Assembly: GCA_030704615.1 (NCBI GenBank)
Contig: CM060732.1
Location: 7,502,001 to 7,566,000 of the forward strand
DNA: 64,000 bases
Direction: 5' to 3'
Source of the DNA: Takakia lepidozioides
Lineage: Eukaryota > Plantae > Bryophyta
The notes below the pieces were generated by a model. The model was not told the DNA's origin, searched no databases, and saw only the letters and a program-made list of their open reading frames with translations. Positions 51,933-63,346 of the stretch are shown here, piece by piece (position 1 is the first letter of the stretch; each line of letters begins with the position of its first letter). The position numbers were made by a program, and so were the translations under genes.

Positions 51933-52894
51933 GCAGTAGGTGCAGCTTAGCTATGTACAAGTCAGCTGCAATCCCCTCTCCCCATACATCCTCCAGTATC
52001 TGGGTTCGGATCTCATGGAATGGATGAAGGGGCTTTTGTTAGTATATATCTGGAAAGATTGATTCAATGTCTCTACAAAAGCATGTGGAAAATCTTCGGC
52101 TTGGACATTTTCTCAGCTGCAGAGTCTAAGCATGGGCATGAACACAATAATAGGATCATCGGCTTGTGCTTGTAGTGAGACTTACAGGAAGAACACGATG
52201 AGCCATGCCTTCCATGCAGGTACTTACTCAAGTAGCGTCACTGACTTGTCCAGTGGCTCAGATGACATGAATGCTATAAGTTTGCACTGGTCAAGCATGA
52301 AGCATGCTGTATGTAAGAGACCTTGACACCTTACATGGTCAAGGTGTATTTATAATCCTTGAAGTGAAATTTTGACTGAAATGGTCTTTGAGCAAGCTTC
52401 TGGTGGGATGCCCCCAAGTAGGAGCTTGAAATGTTTGGATTTGTATGTTTCTCCGTTTCTCTTGTTCCATTTGTGTACTATGTGCATGTTGCCAGGCCAT
52501 TCGAGTTGTGCTATTAAAAACGGTTGGATTCCTTTTTTGTTAAATCTTTTGATAACCCTCTACCAACCAGCAAGATGCAAACAAAGATGAGCTGTGTGAT
52601 ATGAGGATTTCAGGAGGCAGGAGTGTGGACTTTATCACCTGTAGCGAGGTTGAATACCAAGGAAAAGCAGCTGGTGGAAATACTAATAGAAATGTATATT
52701 TTGTATTGGAGTCCCTGGTTAGAGTTGATGTTGAGACTGGCAGCATGCATTCTAGAGATCCTTCCCAACTATGAGTTCAACTTTGAGTCTATCATGGTTC
52801 ATCTGTAGTTAATTAAAAAGTAAACCCGCTCAAGTTTTTTTTTTTTAAATGTGGACTCTTGCCAAAGCAAGTCTAACTTCTGGTTTCACTTGAT

Positions 52895-52971
52895 CCCAAA
52901 GGGCTCTTCCAATGGGAAGGTGGACACCTTCATGACATCCAACATACATATGTGGTTTTGAACCCACAACC
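52895..52971 (-). mobile_element. Truncated copy of the 30544-30658 SINE
   Basis: cccaaagggct..cttcc aatg ggaaggtggacacct ... gtggttttgaacccacaacc is shared with 30544-30624. Confidence 0.65.
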
Positions 52972-53568
52972 CCTAGTGAATATGGTATTATACTTGGCTA
53001 TCTATTGGATTGTCCTCAAGTTATTATAGAGGATCCTGGGTCACTAGCTGGAGCTTCTTTGGAAATAACCTCTCCTGGCTAACCACAAATTCAAAGCTGA
53101 AGTCTTAGCATACAGTAGAAGTTGTACAAACTGTCTTGATAATACATTTGTTTAGGACAACATCTAATTTCAGCAAGGCCATTTCTAATACCCGGTTATA
53201 CCCTGGGCCAACCCTTACATTTATTTGAACAATAATAATACCCTGACCTGACCTGACCTGACCTGGCAGGTAATTGTTTCCTCAAATTTCAGGTTACCCT
53301 TACCTTGAGGATAAATAACTATACAAAGTACAGCGGCTAGTCAGTTGATGTGTCGGCGAGGTAGCTCGCACTGCTGCTTTACCGAACTACTTTCCCCCCC
53401 TCGCGATAGCGGACAGGGAGAGGCAGGAGAATCTAACCCTATTTTGAGCATCACGATTCAGACCACACAAGATATAAGGTACGTAAGGTCCTGATTCGTT
53501 CCCGGGTATTTCCCTTTTGAATTAAAAAAATGAAGAATAAATAAAAAAGTGGCCAAGGAAACTGAAGG

Positions 53569-53577
53569 AAACCCTAA
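53569..53577 (+). promoter_or_regulatory. Telo-box (AAACCCTAA) in the 5' region of eIF2-alpha
   Basis: Exact motif ~140 bp upstream of the ATG, probably in a 5'UTR intron (donor near 53479). Telo-boxes are typical of plant translation-machinery genes. Confidence 0.5.
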
Positions 53578-53709
53578 TTCTAAAGAGGATTTGCAGTGCA
53601 GTGGGACAGAGGCTGAGGGCACTTGTCTGATACCAATCCGATCGGTGCTGCTGTGTGCTTGTGATACGGATATTTGTGCTTCGGCAACTCTGCCCCCATT
53701 TCATCGACC

Positions 53710-56700
53710 ATGACGGTCACCGACTGTCGCATGTATGAGGCTCGTTATCCGGAGGTGGACGATGTGGTCATGGTTCAGGTCCGTGATGTTACAGTGTGGA
53801 GGTGATTTCATGTGTGTTTAATGTACAAGGTTGATCAAAATCTTGATGTGGTCTGGTTCACAGAAAACTCAAGTAAATCGGCTTAAGATCATACATTTTT
53901 CTTGTCACAGTCTATTCGTCATGTTAATAGACCCAAATTCATCGGTGCAGGTTAAGAACATTGCAGAAATGGGAGCGTATGTTGCACTCCTGGAGTACAA
54001 CAACATTGAAGGTATGATTCTGCTTTCAGAGCTGTCCCGGCGCCGGATTCGCAGTATCAGCAGCCTTATTAAGGTAGGTCGGCAGGAGCCAGTTATGGTT
54101 CTGAGGGTGGATAAGGACAAAGGTTATATTGATCTCAGCAAGCGCCGTGTCTCTGAAGAAGATGTGGCGGGCTGTGAAGAACGCTACAATAAAAGCAAGC
54201 TCATTCACTCCATTATGCGCCATGTTGCTGAAACCATGGAAGCTGATCTTGAGGTAGGGCTCTTTGCAGTACATATTTTTTTAATGTAAAACGCCATTTC
54301 TATGTGCTGCATCGAAACAATTTTTCTCTCTTGGGCAATCTGAGGTGTTTGCTTAATGTGACAATTAGGTCAAAACACAGTAGTTAGGTGTGGGGCTTGC
54401 ATGTCAACTTCACTAGTTTAGTAATTTGTCGGACTCCAATTGGCAACTATAGAGGCCTTTAAGAGTGGTACACCTGCTGTTCTATGACTCAAATGCTTGC
54501 AATCCTCTGCAGAGAGATATCACCTCAGGGTTCCAAGTGGGCTCGAGCTCTTTGGTTGTCTTAGAAGATGTAAAAATGTTCAGATGTACAGTTTTTCAGT
54601 CCCAGACCGGGGGCTTGCAGCAATGCATTCTACTAAAAATAAGGCAAAGTGGTGCTAGCCTTAAACTAATACTGGGCACCCTTTTCATGGCCTGGGGAAA
54701 CAGGATCTATATACACACGTAGCCTGGCCTTTGTACAGAAAGTACGGGCATGCATTTGAGGTGGGGCATCCTTCAATTTTAAGTAGTAGTGTCATATAGG
54801 ACTGAACTTCTAAGTTGTTTGTTATGCTTTTATGCCAAGACCTGAGTGGCTGTTGATCCTGCATGATCAGTTTTCCTTCTTTTGTGCAGTTATTTGCCCT
54901 CATTGTAACCAGCTTCGCTGACCTCAAGAAATGCAGTGACTACCTGCAAACCCATCCATATATATCCGTCCTATCTCTCCTTAAAGAACTCCAACACCTT
55001 TCCCACTCCACCCCCCACACCCAGCCACCCTAAACGCTACTAGGCACCTACCAGCATTTAACCACCCATACATTCAACCCCCAGACCCCGTCTCCCCCAA
55101 CTTCCCCCACCCCTCCCACCAATGGACCTTGCTCACCTGACAACCCACACTGCCTATCTCCCACCATTTGGAATCTTGGATCCATCTCCACCAGCATCCC
55201 CAGTCTAGCACACATTCTCACAGATTCACACCCACCCCTGCAGTTTGCTGTCTATCTCTTCAGGGTTTCTGCAGTTTATGTGGCTCTTTATTTCCTTACA
55301 TTTTGTTATGTTTTGGCCAGATTCCAGTTTGTGTTTTCTTCATTTGAATGTGGAGGGCTGGTTGGTGTGGAGGGCAGGCATTCAAATTGATAGTTACAGA
55401 TCCAGACTTGGTGCTCAGTGGACTCACCAAGGAAGTGAAAGAGGCAGGCCCAGATGGTCAAGAGGTGGGTATAGGCATCACATGGTGGTCGCTTCATGAA
55501 AGTTCTGCTTTAAATGTAAGAAGTTTGTAAAGCTGATCTGTATGCACATGTCAATTGTGCAGGTAACTAAGGTAGTGCCAGCCATGACTGAGGAGGTGAA
55601 GGACTCTCTCATAAAAAACATCCGGAGGCGGATGACTCCTCAACCCTTGAAAATTCGTGCTGATATAGAACTGAAGTGCTTCCAATATGATGGGGTCCTT
55701 CATATTAAGGTATGTTGTTCATCACCCCCTAGTTTCTAATTTTTGCCAGAGGGAGTGACTCTTCTGCTGAAGGACAACATGCGTAGAGGGATGACTAAAG
55801 GGATGACTCTGCTGCAGGATGCAATGAGGAGAGCAGAAGAGGCCGGTACTGAGGAGTGCCCAGTGAAGATAAAATTGGTGGCCCCGCCCCTCTATGTTCT
55901 TACCACGCAGACACTGGATAAGGTTAGTGGTCTTTGTTTCCTCTGGTGACATGTACAATGGAAGCCCACTGAGCAAATGTTCGGGTGCTGATGATTTCTG
56001 CTATAGCGGACATTGGTCTTCCCCCCACCATTACCTCCTCCTTGTCTTGACTGGCCCCTGGTTGCTGATGGGAGTCGGCAGAAGTATTCTGCTTGTGATT
56101 TTAAGTGATGCTATGGTTTGTTTCATAACATAACCTATTGTGCTTGATGCTGGTGATGTACTAGTTCCACTGTATGTATATCAAGAAGGAAAGCTTGGCC
56201 TGGATTAAAACGTTCTTTGTAAAAGGCATGCACTGGAAATATGCATCACCATTCATGTGTGAATTTATTGTTTGATGTAGCAGTGGCTGCAGCCAGAGGA
56301 AACCAAAATAACTCTATGTTAAGTATGGATGCATTCTCATGTCTAGTGTGGGACTGGCAGGACTTGGGCATAACAGTGTTGGAAGCCGCCATCAAAGCAT
56401 GTGTGAAGGAAATTGAGAAACATAAAGGAAAGCTTCTGGTGAAGGAGGCTCCTCGCGCGGTGCCTACCCTGTTCCCCCTTTTTGTTTTCAACCTCTTGCT
56501 GCAGTACTTTCCGCTGTACATTGCTAGTCAAATTCTTAGGTTTGGTAAATGTTGGCGGTGAAAATTTGCTAGTTGCATTATCAATTGTGAACAAATTAGC
56601 CATTGTTTTTTCTGGTACCGTAATATTGGTGTCTACTTAATGATTTCAGGTGAGTGAGAGGGATGACCGACTTCTTGCGGAGACAATGCAAAAGCTTGGG

Positions 56701-56802
56701 GCAGCGAATGCAGAGGTTGATGGAGACAGAGATAGTGAAGAGGAGGAGGATACTGGCATGGGAGAGGTTGATGTGGAGGCGGGGGTGGGCCTAACTGAGT
56801 AG
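53710..56802 (+). CDS. EIF2S1: Eukaryotic translation initiation factor 2 subunit alpha, 8 coding exons
   Basis: Exons 53710-53778, 53951-54253, 54704-54760, 55378-55464, 55563-55709, 55818-55922, 56361-56459, 56650-56802. [13 protein letters not shown]; [16 protein letters not shown] (GCN2 phospho-site intact); [11 protein letters not shown]; KLVAPPLYV. Confidence 0.98.
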
Positions 56803-59334
56803 CACTTGGTGAAGTTGGTTGTCTTTTTATAGACCAATTAGTTCTTCTTGATGGGTACTGCCAGTAGCTCCAGGTTTCCGTTTAGTTTTGATCAATATTT
56901 CCTTTTCCGAAACACATTGCAGATAAAGGATTGCCTGTTCCTTCAAATATGTTCATCCATCTCTTATGAGGTCCAAGGGTCGTGCTCTGTCTACCTAACT
57001 TTTGGTGCCTGTTATTTGTAACCAAAGATGTTGATGATGTCAGTGTGAATTGCGGTCAGGATGTCTCTTTCCAGTAACCATTTCTGGATGGATCTGACTC
57101 TATGTATGCATAGATGGACTTGGGAGTTCACACTTGAAGAAGCTCCTATGCAATATGCAGCAGAACTGGGTATATGCGGGAGCCCATATCTTCAAAGACT
57201 TGCTTAACCCCGACTATCCATGTGATCTTTCCGCAATCTGTGAACTTTTTCTAATTGTGAAGAATTCTGGTGTGGTAGGTCATCAGTGTTGCATTTTTTT
57301 ATTTTTTTTTTTTCTTAACAGGGGATGCCATGGTATATTTTATTATAAATTATTAGAGGGAAAAAAATTAAAACTCAAAAGCGCCATGAGACACACACAC
57401 CGATGAGTGATTATCTTTCCATATCCCTGTGAGCCTAAGGCTCTTGCACAACCAGAGATTGCATCGATGTGAATTTAGTGCAATGAAGAGCTTTTAATCA
57501 TCAACGGAAGTGGAGCTTGGAAGGCTTTGAAGCTTTCTTCACATGTTTCCAATTCACGTCTTTGTCCCTGTCATACTCCGGCGATGCGATGGACTGTGGT
57601 AGCGATGTTGCACCAGGTTGGCAGAGGGAGCTTGTTCCATTCGCAATGGTCTGCAGAAGTGCTTGTGCAGATAATACCCTGGTGGGCCCAGGTGATTGTG
57701 AAGACGAGGCTGATTTGCGTTTTGAGGGTTTCTTTTAGTGTCTGCACATAGTTTGATCCAAGCTTTCCTTGCTTCTATTAGCAGATCATAGTATTGTGGC
57801 CCGGGCCAAGGCATCAGATACACACTCGGAACAATTGCTGCGATGCCCCAACTTGCACAAATGCACATTTACCTCATTAGTAGCCTCTACACCTAACCCA
57901 TAAGCCCCATAATTATGTACTATATAAGTTGTGAGCGTACTTCTTTTGAAACCACATCTAACCAATCTTGCTGCAAATTCTCAGCCCCATTCTTCTACCT
58001 CTAATGCAAGTCAAGAATTTGAAGTAGCCATTCAATCATGTGTTTCATGTGTGTCAGCCCAACACCCCACAAGTTCTCGCTCATACAAGACTGATTGTGT
58101 GGGATTTGAACCCAATCAAGACCAGCCCCATTGGTAGCCCCCACACATACACACAAAGAGGGAAAATTCAAACAAATGAATGCCCCATCCTTGTGTGCGC
58201 CCCCGCTTGGCTAGGGGACTAACACCTACATGCACGACTCAAAGAGAAGAAGCCACAGAATTCAGGTCCAAGGAAACAAACAGATGAAAGCAAAGTGAAC
58301 AATGACAAAACATCCTCAAGTAAGAGAGCCTACTATAATAGCTCTTATCATTGCTGCAAGTTGTCCAGTACAATTGAATCCCAACTGATCTACTACATAA
58401 GTCACTGCTAGTACAGCTCTTATCATGGCTACAGCTCCTTATAGTCCAAACTGATAGCCCTTATGAATGTCATAGCTGCAGCTCCCATAGAAGTCCCAAA
58501 ATGCAAGTTGCGAAATAACTTAACCTGCCTACTGTTAGTCAAAGTCAACAACACCAAAAAACAAAAGATAATGACTTGCCAAACGACTCATAGAAATTAA
58601 AAAAAATTGACAAAGAACCCAGCTAGGCTTGCTCGAATAAAATTCTCTCAATGTCAAAATCAACATGAACATACAAACCAATGTATTCATGCAAACACAC
58701 AAGTAAACCACAAAATTAGATGTCATGGGCGAGCTCATATTCTCGTCATACACAATCCACAACTCTCTGCAGTGTGCCACATCAAAGCTGGTCAGTATCT
58801 TTACATTTCACTTGCAATTTTTTCACAAGTGGTTGTGACGTTGTACAAAACATCATCCCAAACAGCAGGGGATATCTCCACATACACCCCAATAGTACCT
58901 TCGTCTCTATCCAAATTCAACACATTTTCTCCTCCACGAGCCCTTCATGGAGTACTGAAGAGCTCCCAGGTTTGGTACCTCCCCCCTGGGCATCACTGTT
59001 CTCCTTGGACCAACCCACCCTTCCGTTAGACCATTTGCTAGCTCTATATTGAATAACAAATGGGACCGGGGAGTCATGCCTCTAGGTTTCATGAACTTCA
59101 CATAGAGCACATACGAATTCACCAAAGAGTTGTCCACGCTATGAATGTACAACTTGTGCCACCATTATTTGTGGTCACGGATCTGAACTGAATACTACTC
59201 ACTTAGTTGATGCATGTCTCCACACACCCCCCCCCCCACCCCCTCATCATCTCTTGCTAATGCTTCACAACAAGAGAAGTGAGCACAAAATGACGAGCCC
59301 CTTTATGCCATTTTTTAATGAAACACTTGCGTAG

Positions 59335-59400
59335 GTAGCCCAGTGGTTGGGTATTTGTGCCTTGCATGTGCATAATTTGGGTGATCATGGGTTCAATCCT
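59335..59400 (+). mobile_element. Degenerate tRNA(Ala)-like SINE head or tRNA pseudogene
   Basis: gtagcccagtggttgg (A box), gtgccttgcatgtgc (anticodon-arm-like, TGC), atgggttcaatcct (B box). No acceptor stem. Confidence 0.45.
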
Positions 59401-59734
59401 ATAAGATGTGCCATCAACTGTCCATTGGCCTCTCGATGGGCTGTGTATTGAGCAGTAGGCTCTGTACTGTATTCATTGGACGTTAAACAAACTTTAACTT
59501 TAACTTTATGAACCAATTGGTTGCCATAGGTGAAATAGTAGTACTCAATAGATTCACACATTTGACATCAAACCAAGACACAACAAACATCTTCTTGCTA
59601 ATGTGCGTATAGTACTCCATTTGGCTTTTTTTTTTTTTTTTTTTTCCCCAAATCCAAAGTTGAAGGGAAACAAACGGTCTTCACAGTGCTAGTGGCGTAA
59701 ATGCCCGAAGGGAGCTACACCATGAAATTGCTCA

Positions 59735-59805
59735 CGTGAGCCTATGAGCCGAGGCTCACGATTGACCAACTAAGCGTGACGCCCAAGCTCACGCTTAGTT
59801 GGTCA
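59735..59805. repeat. Twin perfect hairpins (9-bp and 17-bp stems)
   Basis: cgtgagcct / aggctcacg (59735-59760) and tgaccaactaagcgtga / tcacgcttagttggtca (59763-59805). Confidence 0.9.
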
Positions 59806-61400
59806 CACTTAGTGGTTGTGAGCGCAAAGTGGTGCGGTATTAGAAAGGGGGCCTATACCCGAGAACAAAGGCAGACCTATTCCCGCAAGAATACCAGCAG
59901 AGCCATTTAGAAACTTGGAATCGTTGTGACCGATGCTGTCATTCAATCATGGGATAAATATTGGCAAGAGGCGATGCACGGAAATTCACGGAAATAGGTA
60001 AAATATCCACGGTTATGGCCTCATGAGCAAGCTCACGAATTAGCATTCCTCACGGTGTGTGGATTGTTTGTGACTGGTTGTGATGTTTCCCTCCTGTGTG
60101 CCCAATGGCTTATCTGAAAGGGAGTTAATTTCCCCCCCCTCCTCAAGGGCCTCAATTGTGAGCAGTCGCTAGGTTTCCTTTTGAACAAAAAATAAAATAA
60201 AATAAAAAAATCCTGTTTACCAATAGTATATTCGGGACATATGAACGGTATATCCAACAATGCCTTGCAATATTGACAAAGAAATCCGGGGCAACCTTGC
60301 TTCACAATTTTTCGAGCTCCAAAAGCTGTTAAGATTTGTATAGAGGACAGGGCAGAGCGGCAAGAGGGGGTTGATCTGCAAGTACCGCAAGAGATTGAGG
60401 TTGGAGGCACGGCTAACTAGTTGGAGAGAGGGTTAGGATGCAAAACTGATTTACCCGCCAACAAACATACCCCTCCAGCTCACGATACTTACTCGACTGG
60501 GCATATCCACACCCTAACTGGACATTCGAAACAAACTTGACTTGACCTTACCCTAATTAAAAATGAATTTTACCCCGTCCTCAAGGGGTATTGTTTTTTT
60601 GGGCCAGTAACTCAAATCCAGGTAAATGGGCTAGAGTTGGCTGAACGGCATTATTTGGAGTCTTTCATGTCGCACCACCTTCAGTCCCTTGCTCGGTAAG
60701 TTGATCATGAAGAATCTTTCTTTACCCGGACAGATCGTAAATCTCAAAGTAACAAATAGCACTAGTTCAGTGCTTGGAGGTACTACTGTGGTCTTGGGGG
60801 CAGCTGACGTCTCATTGCAAGAGCTTGCCCTTGAACATGTAAGTATACTTTTTACAATCTTGAGCTTGAAACCTGGTTTTTAAGGATTGGTTTATTATGC
60901 TTGAGCTATATTTTGAAATCTGGTCAAGTCTGGTTTATAGTGAAGATGAGACTACACCATACACTGAACTTGTCCCCTCATGCACAGATCTACAATGACT
61001 TTTGCATTGTTTCTATTTAACCAATTGAAGATCTCGTTTGAAGTGTTTGGGCCTTGATAATCAGAGCAATCAATATGAACAGATGCCATCCCGTCCAAAA
61101 TTCTATCAAATGTTTAGTCTTGACCCTCTTTCCCAGCACTCAACTACAAAAGCAAGTGCCCATTCCAGAGCATATGATGATGCCCAGGGAACAACCCAAT
61201 GCTACAAGTACAAGAGGGTTCTTTCCTTTCACTATACAACACATTTCTCTACCACTGTTTTATCCTAACTCTGGGTCTCTTGGGTATAATTCTGTCAACA
61301 TGGAGGCTTACTCTAAACTCGCTCATTTTGCCAGAAAGTATGAGAAAAAGAAAGATAACGGATCATACAATCAGGAGGCTCACCTGTGTGCCACCACTTA

Positions 61401-63209
61401 CTACGCAATCTTAAGACGTTTCCGGAAGACAGCTTTGGTGCTGACTATTGCAAGAATGATCCCATGGTGACACTCGCCCCTGACAACAACACCAGCTCCT
61501 CAAAGAGGGGACTCTCTTGGAGATAGATCCGCAAACCGATAGTGCTCCAGAAACTTTCAGTCCACACAGGGTCTGCTGCGCCCATCTTATCCCCTGCCTC
61601 CAGTGGAAGTAGTTCCCACCCTGCTGCTCCATAATGCAGGCGTGGCGAGAACGCAGGCACGTACCTTGACACCCAAAGGTATGCACAGTGAGCGCCAGTG
61701 GTCAATACATTGACAAAGCGAATTAAACAGAAGCTATTATCAATCTCCCACCCTCTAACTTTGTCCATATCACTTGTAAGAACTTTGTTTCAGCTTGAAA
61801 GCAAATGAGATCCTAGAATGGTATCTTCTTGCCATTTGCTTCCAGAAAGCCCAGTGAGTGCCAATAGTCAAAAGCAAAGCTAAACAATAAAGCTACAGGG
61901 ACAATACAATCTCGCACCCTCTTACCCAAGGAAAATTTCATCCATATCACTTGTAATTATGTAATATGCACATATACAACACACCATTGCCAAGAATCTA
62001 GAAGGCGGCACTCTAACTATTGGTTAGTGCATGGGACCCTTGGAGCACCAGGTACTTCCATGCACAGGTTCTACATCTCAAGAAGTGTGTTTACAGTTAC
62101 AGGTTTTCTAACTTTCTAACTTGTAGGCACACACAAAATACAGATTATTGAAAACAAGTACATTAGGATAGGGTACAAATGGTGCCCTTGCAAACTACTA
62201 TACCTTGTTGTAGAGACAACGCACCACCCTTTGTGGTCACTCGTAGAATTGACACAAACTTCACCTAGGTTCCTGCATGTCAGCGTGCATTCCTCGCGTT
62301 GTACTGAATCTCTATAAGTCCTCCGCAAATCCGTGCGGTCTGCCAAGAAGTTCCATACAAAACGCAAAGTGTCGTCTACAGTTTCTATTAGCGGAGTACT
62401 CGAAGGGTTATTCAAAAATACGCCAACATAGTGGTTTGCATACACTTGTGTTGGTGTGATCAAACTCTTCACTAGGTCGCATGTCATCCCTGGTTGAGTG
62501 GATAGAAGACAACCCACTATGTCCTCCACCAGAGAGGTATTTACCTGAACACCCACATCCAAAAGAACCAGAACAGAAGGCAAGACATCTTATGAGTGTG
62601 CTCTATACAGGCTTCCGCTACAGTAAATTCAGGCCACAAGGCTACAGCGAACGACATGAGTAAAATTTATATACGTTTTCGCTAACAGCATATGTATCCA
62701 TGCGTGCATGAATCTTGCATTTCTGTAACATTTAGCTATCCTCTTTGGACCTAATAAGTTTTTCCAGTCAAGGCATTCAGAATTTCATTATTTCTTTCTT
62801 AAGGGCATGCAAGGCTCTTTACATAGACACTCTAAGGGCATCACAGGTGAGGCTATCACTGCACATTTACTCGCCATCTCTACCTTGATGGCCTGCTTCA
62901 GATGTCCTCCCAGCCGCTCAATTGGGAACACTGTAACTCCTCGAGTCAGAAGCTCTGGACTCTAGAACTTGGAACTCAATTCTACACCTCTGCATTAAAC
63001 ATCAACATATGGAGCCACCATAACCTGAATTGTCTGCAGGAGAGGTACATCAACTGCTGAAACACTGTCATTTGCAAGAAGATAAAGTGATCGTGCTACT
63101 AAGGAAGCTGCGGCCACAACTGCACTGGTGTTCACATTTGCAGCATCATCGTAGTGGCTATGGTAGAGCAAGTTATGAAACGCAGAGTCAAACTCTTCCA
63201 AGACAACTC
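61401..63209 (-). CDS. NCSTN: Nicastrin (gamma-secretase subunit), last three exons; the gene continues beyond the window
   Basis: Exons 63209-63025, 62544-62204, 61664-61401. VVLEEFD..YHSHYDD..VVAAASLVARSL; CLL..PGMTCDLVK..YVGV..RFVWNFLADRT; STTRYVPAFSPRL..DPVWTESFW. As assembled the frame stops at 61445; the conserved-looking tail ends at 61401 in another frame. Confidence 0.93.
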
Positions 63210-63280
63210 CTGTATGCGAGATCACATGAAATGCAAGAACAAACACGTCAACCAGCATCACTATATAGGCTAAAAGTTGC

Positions 63281-63346
63281 TCTGCCCAAACAGGGCGCAG
63301 GGTCTATGGCAACAAGGCTACGGCAAACAACGTCTTATGAGTACAT
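63281..63346 (+). mobile_element. ~66-bp 3'-terminal copy of the KDSA-intron LINE family, antisense in a nicastrin intron
   Basis: cccaaacagggcgcagggtctatggcaacaaggctacggcaaacaacgtcttatgagtacat. Decayed 19-bp TSD tatataggctaaaagttgc (63262-63280) / tatgtaagctgaaagttac (63347-63365): 15/19, all mismatches are transitions. Confidence 0.88.

Noticed and set aside
24990-56802. DRB plus eIF2-alpha as a PKR-like antiviral module
   Set aside because: No kinase in the window; the genes are ~27 kb apart with unrelated genes between, so proximity alone is not evidence.
59335-59410. Functional tRNA gene (also considered at 30600-30660 and 31424-31490)
   Set aside because: A/B boxes are present but the acceptor and anticodon stems do not pair.
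60660-60845. Plus-strand mini-gene suggested by two GTAAGT donors
   Set aside because: Every acceptor tried gives an early stop; no recognisable product.
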